NCBI GenBank assembly: GCA_965612795.1
Contig: CBFDTI010000035.1
Coordinates: 1-12,729, forward strand
DNA: 12,729 bases
Reading direction: 5' to 3'
Source: an uncultured bacterium
GTDB lineage: Bacteria; Hydrothermota; UBA3073; NMUJ01
Shown: positions 1 to 6,271 of the stretch, one piece after another
How the letters are laid out: every line of letters starts with the position of its first letter
How positions within the stretch are numbered: the stretch's first letter is position 1
Translations under genes and position numbers: made by a program
The notes under the pieces: generated by a model
Seen by the model: the letters and a program-made list of their open reading frames with translations, nothing else
Databases searched by the model: none
What the model was told of the DNA's origin: nothing

Positions 1-1
1 A

Positions 2-67
2 TTAGACTGCGCATTTAAATACCATACTTATCTGCCGATAACTTGGACGGTCGGCGTACGATGGTAA
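2..67 (+). CDS. 3' end of an upstream gene (partial, starts before the window); probable outer-membrane beta-barrel protein C-terminus
   Basis: Frame +2 is open from the window edge: LDCAFKYHTYLPITWTVGVRW* (TAA 65-67). Alternating hydrophobic residues and a terminal Trp fit the last two strands of an outer-membrane barrel (the 'DYA...h..L..t...v.F/W' pattern of PorV/FadL-like proteins). The stop overlaps the next ATG (ATGGTAA, 61-67). Not in the ORF track. Confidence 0.65.
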   Translation, partial: LDCAFKYHTYLPITWTVGVRW

Positions 68-2358
68 TCCTGCTATCCATACTAATTGCTATCAACTTAA
101 ACACCGATAGTTTGTATAAACTCGAGCAACTACCTTTAAGTGAGCCCGAAATTCAAGCAATATACCTATATAGGCTTAAACATGGATACTTTCGTAGCTT
201 CTACGAACTTACAAAAATATTACCCATTGAGTCAGTTAACAAGATACGTTACCTGGTGAAGTTGACACCACCACCTTATAGACGTGAAACCAGCGATTAT
301 TATGAGTATCTACAGGAGAGGCTTACTCGTGAGGAAGGGCCACGTGCAGGTGCTGTAGAAGAGTGGCTCTGGTATCTTGGGCATCCGCTTAACATAAATC
401 GCGCAGATGTTAAGGATATTGCAATGTTCGATGGTGTAAGTTTAGTGGATGCCGCTAGTATTGTAAGATATCGTCAGCTATATGGTGAGATATCATATCA
501 AGGTGCACTCCGTGATATACCAGGGTTATCATACTGGGGGTACAGGAATCTCAGAAATTTTGTAACCTTTGAAGACAAACCCCTACATGGGACAGAAGGT
601 TACCTAAAGATCGACTGGCGTACTATCTATTACGTGAGGGGCAATATATTGGGCGACCTCTATGGTAGGCCTACCTATCTTAAATACAGGGAGGAAGACC
701 TTATAGCAGCTGGATGGACAAAAGACGAAATCGAGCACCTCATATCGCAACTATATCGTGAAAAGGAAGATTACCTACGTGAGGGTACATATCGGGGATG
801 GGACTGGCGGTTACGGATGGGTATAACCCCACATATATATCTGGGAATTAGGAAATTCAATAAGGGTTATATCGAACTACGATCGATAGGCCCATTACGT
901 AAAATGTACATCGGTACGTACAGGGTGACATGGGGGCAAGGTATACTACTCGATAACAGTGACGAGATACGCGCAAGATTACACACGCGTCCAGAAGGGT
1001 TATTCGGTGACCTCACTTATTACGAACATTTCTATCTACAAGGGGTGGCAGCTGAACTCACATTTAACCGCATACATCCTACTGTACTATGGTCGTATGT
1101 ACCAAGGAATGCAATACTTAACCCTGACAGTTCGGTGAACTACCTGATACATATCTATCCGGTGCTACCCGCATTCCGCCATAACGTGAAGGAACGAATG
1201 ATTGGGGTTAACCTCTCCGTAGATATGGGTGGTCTATACAATCTACCCGTAGGTACATACGTAGGGGTTAGTCTACTCGATCTGCTTTACTCGAGGCCAT
1301 TTAATCCGGATCCCAAATACCTCGATATACCCTGGGATAAGGAGGTGATCGACGATCCTAACTACCTCTTATCAAGTCGTGGTCGGCATCGTAGCTTCGT
1401 AGGTGCACATCTTTCTACGGTGGTGAGTAATATGAGTTTAGAATTCGACTATGCGCAGCAGCAGCATGCCGGTCATGCATATATTGTGAAGCTCCACTTA
1501 CAGTATGAAACACTTTATGGGATCCTGGTTTTGCGGCACTACGATGTGGATTATGATAACCCATACTCACGTGGGTTTGCCGAACGTAGGCGGTTTGGTG
1601 AAGGTATATGGCAACGTTCGTATCGGTTGATAGACCCACTTTATGTCTATATTTCCGAATATCCCGTACCGAGGGCAGAGGAGGGTATATACCTGGAGTT
1701 CAGATACCAACCATCACATAGGTTGATAATATCACGTTTTTATATAGATGTATGGAAGGATCTCGCGTATGGGTTACCTAACTGGCGCACACAGGCGACA
1801 TTACAGTATCGGCCAGCTTTCCCATTGCGTATATATCTAAGGCAGAAGCTGCAGGCTAAATCACACAAACGGCTGGCTACCACTACAGTGTCGCACCTAT
1901 GGGAGACATCGCTCACAATCGAATATAGGTTAAACAATTACAACAACCTACGTACTGAATTACGTTATGCGAGGGTATCATTCCCTTCATTACCAAGATA
2001 TGAGACAGCCAACACAATAACGGGAGGGTTTCTCGCACTCACCTATCGGTATAATTTATCACCACATATGTCGATACTGGGTGGATATGCGATATGGCAG
2101 ACACAGGGGTTATCACAGTGGATATTCGAGGATGTGGGTATAGACTTCCTTGAGGGTAGGGGCTGGAAATATTACTTGGTGCTATCAGATAGATTATCAC
2201 ATAACCTGTTATTTAGGTTAAAATTCAGGTATAAGTTGAGCGAGTTTCCACATACTGGGATGTTGGGTGCGCATTTAGAGGATGGTACACCAATTTACGA
2301 GTTTATCGATACCAGACGTGAATTTGGTGGCAACTTACTTTTGATAATATGGTGGTAG
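61..2358 (+). CDS. ComEA-like helix-hairpin-helix DNA-binding domain protein with large C-terminal outer-membrane beta-barrel
   Basis: ATG61 preferred over TTG43 because it is coupled to the upstream stop and begins a hydrophobic leader MVILLSILIA. Two ComEA/HhH_3-like modules: INLNTDSLYKLEQLPLSEPEIQAIYLYRLKHGYFRSFYEL (nt ~91-258) and PLNINRADVKDIAMFDGVSLVDAASIVRYRQLYGEISYQGALRDIPGLS (nt ~385-564). The rest is Tyr/Trp-rich with many amphipathic strands and ends in ...GGNLLLIIWW (terminal aromatic). Confidence 0.8.
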   Translation: MVILLSILIAINLNTDSLYKLEQLPLSEPEIQAIYLYRLKHGYFRSFYELTKILPIESVNKIRYLVKLTPPPYRRETSDYYEYLQERLTREEGPRAGAVEEWLWYLGHPLNINRADVKDIAMFDGVSLVDAASIVRYRQLYGEISYQGALRDIPGLSYWGYRNLRNFVTFEDKPLHGTEGYLKIDWRTIYYVRGNILGDLYGRPTYLKYREEDLIAAGWTKDEIEHLISQLYREKEDYLREGTYRGWDWRLRMGITPHIYLGIRKFNKGYIELRSIGPLRKMYIGTYRVTWGQGILLDNSDEIRARLHTRPEGLFGDLTYYEHFYLQGVAAELTFNRIHPTVLWSYVPRNAILNPDSSVNYLIHIYPVLPAFRHNVKERMIGVNLSVDMGGLYNLPVGTYVGVSLLDLLYSRPFNPDPKYLDIPWDKEVIDDPNYLLSSRGRHRSFVGAHLSTVVSNMSLEFDYAQQQHAGHAYIVKLHLQYETLYGILVLRHYDVDYDNPYSRGFAERRRFGEGIWQRSYRLIDPLYVYISEYPVPRAEEGIYLEFRYQPSHRLIISRFYIDVWKDLAYGLPNWRTQATLQYRPAFPLRIYLRQKLQAKSHKRLATTTVSHLWETSLTIEYRLNNYNNLRTELRYARVSFPSLPRYETANTITGGFLALTYRYNLSPHMSILGGYAIWQTQGLSQWIFEDVGIDFLEGRGWKYYLVLSDRLSHNLLFRLKFRYKLSEFPHTGMLGAHLEDGTPIYEFIDTRREFGGNLLLIIWW

Positions 2359-2362
2359 GAGG
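2357..2362 (+). promoter_or_regulatory. Shine-Dalgarno site (AGGAGG) overlapping the stop codon of the HhH-barrel gene
   Basis: TAG at 2356-2358 runs into AGGAGG at 2357-2362; ATG at 2367. Confidence 0.8.
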
Positions 2363-2366
2363 CTAT

Positions 2367-3461
2367 ATGAGGAAATTTTTGTGTATCCTCAGTTTTGCAG
2401 TAATCCCCCTGTATGGATATACACTACATGAGATAGCAACCGGTGGCTATCCATTATCTACGTTTGATGGTAGAAATGTTGGGTTAGGCTACACATGTAT
2501 AGTTGTGACGAATGCAACCAACCCCGCATGTTTTGATTCAACCTCTATGTTTGCCGTCAACCTACAACTCCATCAGATCACTGAAGAGCGTAAAGCCAAG
2601 GTATACAATGAGTTCGAAGACTATGTGGGTGAAGCTACACGTGCGATACGTGACGAGTTACACGCCGTCCCTATGCCATTAGGTATAAATCTCTATAAAC
2701 ATGGTATGTCGTTCACCTTAAAAATATTCCCTAAATATGTGTTTGACTATGAGTTTAACTTCCCAATATACGATGACTATTATCTTGTAAGGGGATGGCA
2801 AATCGAATCCTCAACCGGTATGGTTATATCGTATTCAACAATGTTAGGTGTACGAGTATGGCCAACCTTGTACGTGGGTATAGGTGGCAGTTATTTAAAA
2901 GGGGATTGGCAACGTGCAAAGGTGTGGCGTCCCTTATATGAAGGTAGTGAGCCATGGGATACATCAACAAGCGGCAAACTTCAAGGCATAAACTTTACAT
3001 TCGGTATATGCATCAAACCTTCTTTCAGGTGGACCATCGGCGGTATATGGGAGATATCTACACTTAAAGATACACTGTTCGATTATCCTCAATTCACGTA
3101 TGGAGTAGGTATCGGATATCGACCAGCAAATATTTTACCTGCATATTTTGTAGCTGAGGTGTTAGCTCACCAAGGTAAACATCGTGAATGGGAATACCAC
3201 ATGGGTGTGGAGCACGAGCTTACACCTTCATTTTTGTTGCGAGCTGGCTTCGCATGGCTATCAGCAGCTAAGGATGAACGTTTATCAAAAGGAATTTACA
3301 CTGCAGGTATCGGCTATAAGGGTGCATTATGTGAGATCGACGTAGGGATAAGCTTCTGGTGTCGCAAATACAGTACATACCTTGTGGATGTAGAAGGGTT
3401 CGACAAAATCGACGAAAGTATGTTTAGTGCCATCTTTACGATCAAAAAGGAGCTACCATGA
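2367..3461 (+). CDS. Outer-membrane beta-barrel protein, FadL/OmpP1/PorV-like
   Basis: Start moved to ATG2367 (SD upstream). Signal peptide MRKFLCILSFAVIPLYG. N-terminal DGRNVGLGYTCIVVTNATNPACF resembles the 'R..gmG.a.......NPA' hatch motif of FadL/PorV-like barrels. C-terminal strands YHMGVEHELTPSFLLRAGFAW...YTAGIGYKG...IDVGISF. Confidence 0.7.
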   Translation: MRKFLCILSFAVIPLYGYTLHEIATGGYPLSTFDGRNVGLGYTCIVVTNATNPACFDSTSMFAVNLQLHQITEERKAKVYNEFEDYVGEATRAIRDELHAVPMPLGINLYKHGMSFTLKIFPKYVFDYEFNFPIYDDYYLVRGWQIESSTGMVISYSTMLGVRVWPTLYVGIGGSYLKGDWQRAKVWRPLYEGSEPWDTSTSGKLQGINFTFGICIKPSFRWTIGGIWEISTLKDTLFDYPQFTYGVGIGYRPANILPAYFVAEVLAHQGKHREWEYHMGVEHELTPSFLLRAGFAWLSAAKDERLSKGIYTAGIGYKGALCEIDVGISFWCRKYSTYLVDVEGFDKIDESMFSAIFTIKKELP

Positions 3462-4018
3462 AACGCATATTTGTAGCAATTATCGTGATAATAGCAAGCA
3501 CGGAGGCGATGGGCTTGCCCGCGGATGAGGTTGAAGTTACATTCAATCGCGACTATGCGAGACGGTTAATCGAGGAGATATACAATGCAGATAGTGTTGT
3601 ACATATAATAATGTTCAGTGCAGGTTATTACCCACAATATCCGCGTGGAATTAATGATTCACTGTATGACGCACTTGCGTATATAAATAGACAGGGTGTG
3701 GAGGTCAAGATCATATTCGATCAATCAGACTGGAACCCCAGTGTTACCCGTAAAAATGTAGAAGTAGCTAAATATCTTCATGAACTAGGTATAACCGAGG
3801 TGTATTTCGATCCCCCCGATGTCACTACACACTCGAAGGTCGTTATAATTGATGGTAGAATAGTATTTGTAGGTTCACATAACTGGACATATTACGCATT
3901 GCAAAGGAATAATGAAAGTACGGTGATGATCGTATCACGTGAGGTTGCAAGGGTATTCGAACAGTACTTTGACCAACTTCTGAGAATGTCGACCAAAACA
4001 TTTCCTACACTAAGATGA
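3458..4018 (+). CDS. Exported phospholipase D-superfamily nuclease (single HKD, Nuc-like endonuclease)
   Basis: Signal peptide MKRIFVAIIVIIASTEAMG. One HxKxxxxDxxxxxxGSxN motif, HSKVVIIDGRIVFVGSHN (nt 3830-3883), followed by the Nuc-type Glu in RNNES. QGVEVKIIFD motif present. 186 aa fits a homodimeric single-domain PLD. ATGA overlap with the previous gene. Confidence 0.82.
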   Translation: MKRIFVAIIVIIASTEAMGLPADEVEVTFNRDYARRLIEEIYNADSVVHIIMFSAGYYPQYPRGINDSLYDALAYINRQGVEVKIIFDQSDWNPSVTRKNVEVAKYLHELGITEVYFDPPDVTTHSKVVIIDGRIVFVGSHNWTYYALQRNNESTVMIVSREVARVFEQYFDQLLRMSTKTFPTLR

Positions 4019-4839
4019 CGGTACTGATAATAGGGTTGATTTTTGTTACTGAGAAACTCGTCATCTTATATACCAATGATATAGCGGAGGTTACATATCC
4101 ACGTCCTGCTACATGGATAAATCCAAACTTTCCACCCGAACTTGGTGGCCTTCCATCACTGAAATACCTATTGTCGGTAGAACGCCAGAAGGCACAGAAA
4201 GACGGCTACCCATTGTTGCTCCTAGATGCAGGTAATTTCAGTGCACCCGGTAGATATGGCGAACCACCACGTATGATGTTGAGGATGTTTGGTGAGCTTA
4301 ATTACGATGTTGTAAATATTGGAGTATATGACCTACCATGGATAGCGTATTTGCCAGATAGCATTACATTTATATCAGCAAACGTAGAGGGCTACAACAA
4401 ACCATATGTGATCTTGGAGAAAGATGGTATCACGATAGGTGTAGTAGGTGTAGTGACCCAGTACTTAGCACCCGCATTAGCTTGGGAGTATGCAACCAAG
4501 ATTAAAGTACATAACCCCATAGAGAGTGTAAGTCGTGTGCTGGACCACATACGCGATAGAGTTGATGTGCTTATTGTATTGTCATCACTTGGGTTCGACA
4601 ACGATGTGAAACTGGTCGAACAGGTAAGAGGTATCGATATACTTGTGGGTGGCTACGAAGGGCGTGGCTTACATGAGCCGTTTGAAGATAGTCTGTCACA
4701 TACAATTATAGTACGTACATATGGGGAATTGTCAGAAGTCGGCAAACTAGTGATATATTTTGACGAAGATCACAATATTGTAGGGTATGATGGTACAACC
4801 CTTACCTTATTTCGTGAGGCCTATCCAGGGGTTAAATGA
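4015..4839 (+). CDS. 5'-nucleotidase/UshA N-terminal (calcineurin-like metallophosphoesterase) fold protein with degenerate active site; no C-terminal domain
   Basis: Fold motifs in the correct order: ILYTND, LLLDAG, LNYDVVNIG, FISANV, KPYVILEKDGITIGVVGVVT, VDVLIVLSSLG...DVKL...GIDILVGG, GELSEVGKLVI. Metal and catalytic residues are substituted (see findings). ATGA overlap with the nuclease gene. Confidence 0.8.
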   Translation: MTVLIIGLIFVTEKLVILYTNDIAEVTYPRPATWINPNFPPELGGLPSLKYLLSVERQKAQKDGYPLLLLDAGNFSAPGRYGEPPRMMLRMFGELNYDVVNIGVYDLPWIAYLPDSITFISANVEGYNKPYVILEKDGITIGVVGVVTQYLAPALAWEYATKIKVHNPIESVSRVLDHIRDRVDVLIVLSSLGFDNDVKLVEQVRGIDILVGGYEGRGLHEPFEDSLSHTIIVRTYGELSEVGKLVIYFDEDHNIVGYDGTTLTLFREAYPGVK

Positions 4840-6093
4840 TCATGTACCCCATTCCCATGAACTGAGGTATTGTTGCTGTTCGGGTGTGAGCTTGTCAATC
4901 TTAACCCCCATCACCTCAAGTTTACGTATCGCTATATCGCGGTCGATCTCGTCCGGCAGTTTATACACCTTCTTCTCTAGCTTATCTCCATGTTTTACAA
5001 GATATTCAACTGCACGCGCTTGGTTGGCAAAACTCATGTCCATAACCTCAGCGGGATGACCTTCGGCGGCTGAAAGATTCACTAACCTACCTTCAGCCAA
5101 CAAGTATATTCTTTTATTACCCAAATGGTAGCAATCAACCATGGGTTTGATGCTTTCTACTTTATCTGCCAGTTCATGCAACTTCTGTATGTTGATTTCA
5201 ACATCAAAATGTCCCGCATTCGCAAGTATTACACCATCTTTGGCAAATTTGAAATGTTCAACATCTACGACATTGATATCGCCAGTAGCTGTTACAACGA
5301 TATCGGCCACCTTTATTGCATCACGCATGGGCATCACCGTGAAGCCATCCATCACAGCTTCAAGTGCACGTATAGGGTTGGTTTCAGTAACTATCACATG
5401 GCCACCCATACCCCTTGCACGCCAGGCGATACCCCTACCACACCATCCATAACCGGCAACCACAAACGTCTTACCTGCCAATAATACATTTGTTGCACGC
5501 ATGATGGCATCTATGGTACTTTGCCCCGTACCGTAGCGGTTGTCGAATAGATATTTGGTATAGGAGTCATTAACCGCGATGACGGGATAACCAAGTACAC
5601 CTTTGGTGGCCATCTGTTTCAATCTCACAACACCGGTGGTTGTCTCTTCAGTACCTCCTATGACGTTAGGAATAAGATCGCGTCGCTCTTTATGTAACGT
5701 AGATATGAGGTCGGCACCATCGTCCATGGTTATGTGTGGCTCAATATCAAGCGCTTGGTTTATGTGTTTGTAATAAGTTTCACGATCCTCACCTTTAATC
5801 GCAAATACTGGTATACCATACTCAGCGACAAGTGCAGCCGCCACATCATCCTGAGTAGATAGGGGGTTGGATGCGGTGAGTCTTACTTCTGCCCCCCCTT
5901 CTTTTAGGGTTAAAATAAGGTTGGCCGTTTCTGTTGTCACATGTAGACACGCTGCCACCCTTATACCCTTAAGGGGTTGTGATTTGGCGAACTCCTTACG
6001 TATGGTTTGCAATACCGGCATACGAGTAGTAGCCCATTCTATTCGTTTGATACCGTTGCCACTCAACCTCAAATCCTTTATATCGTATTCCAT
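4840..6093 (-). CDS. ahcY: Adenosylhomocysteinase (S-adenosyl-L-homocysteine hydrolase)
   Basis: Signature motifs [54 protein letters not shown]-binding [17 protein letters not shown] and [22 protein letters not shown]. 417 aa. Confidence 0.98.
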   Translation of the reverse strand: MEYDIKDLRLSGNGIKRIEWATTRMPVLQTIRKEFAKSQPLKGIRVAACLHVTTETANLILTLKEGGAEVRLTASNPLSTQDDVAAALVAEYGIPVFAIKGEDRETYYKHINQALDIEPHITMDDGADLISTLHKERRDLIPNVIGGTEETTTGVVRLKQMATKGVLGYPVIAVNDSYTKYLFDNRYGTGQSTIDAIMRATNVLLAGKTFVVAGYGWCGRGIAWRARGMGGHVIVTETNPIRALEAVMDGFTVMPMRDAIKVADIVVTATGDINVVDVEHFKFAKDGVILANAGHFDVEINIQKLHELADKVESIKPMVDCYHLGNKRIYLLAEGRLVNLSAAEGHPAEVMDMSFANQARAVEYLVKHGDKLEKKVYKLPDEIDRDIAIRKLEVMGVKIDKLTPEQQQYLSSWEWGT

Positions 6094-6096
6094 TTT

Positions 6097-6103
6097 ACCT
6101 CCT
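6097..6103 (-). promoter_or_regulatory. Shine-Dalgarno site for ahcY (AGGAGGT on minus strand)
   Basis: Plus-strand ACCTCCT at 6097-6103, just upstream of the ahcY ATG (CAT 6091-6093). Confidence 0.8.
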
Positions 6104-6223
6104 CTTTAGACTCAGCCAGTTTAAGATACGTCATAAATCGAGTTGAAAAGAGGTATTAAGTGACTACAGGGAAAGGCACTCCTACGTATCACCTAAGAGT
6201 TATAACTGAAGCGGTGTCTATGG

Positions 6224-6252
6224 TTGATTAATGTAATTAATGGATATATTTT
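6224..6252 (+). promoter_or_regulatory. Possible sigma70-type promoter for the DUF3857 operon
   Basis: TTGATT (6224-6229), 17 nt spacer, TATTTT (6247-6252), in the AT-rich part of the divergent intergenic region. Match to consensus only. Confidence 0.3.
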
Positions 6253-6260
6253 AGACGCAT

Positions 6261-6267
6261 AAGGAGG
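6261..6267 (+). promoter_or_regulatory. Shine-Dalgarno site (AAGGAGG)
   Basis: AAGGAGG at 6261-6267; ATG at 6272. Confidence 0.8.
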
Positions 6268-6271
6268 CAAA

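Noticed and set aside
43..60. TTG43 start for the HhH-barrel gene
   Set aside because: No SD, and it lies deeper inside the upstream gene tail. ATG61 is coupled to the upstream stop (ATGGTAA). Not fully excluded, since it would add an RR n-region.
1415..1937. Short minus-strand ORFs inside the HhH-barrel gene (and similar ones at 4392-4601, 6529-6885, 8536-9569, 11286-11820)
   Set aside because: Short, fully nested antisense frames with no coding signals.
2349..2366. ATG2349 start for the FadL-like gene
   Set aside because: AGGAGG at 2357-2362 and the signal peptide point to ATG2367.
3458..4839. Anti-phage defence system (PLD nuclease plus phosphoesterase)
   Set aside because: Both proteins have export leaders and sit with outer-membrane barrels, with no helicase, ATPase or methylase partner. 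Envelope nucleic-acid handling fits better.
4787..6109. Several short plus-strand ORFs within ahcY
   Set aside because: Antisense shadows of a highly conserved gene.
6104..6220. Possible SAH or SAM riboswitch in the ahcY leader
   Set aside because: The expected location, but I could not match the conserved cores or pairings by eye. An Infernal/Rfam cmscan would be decisive.
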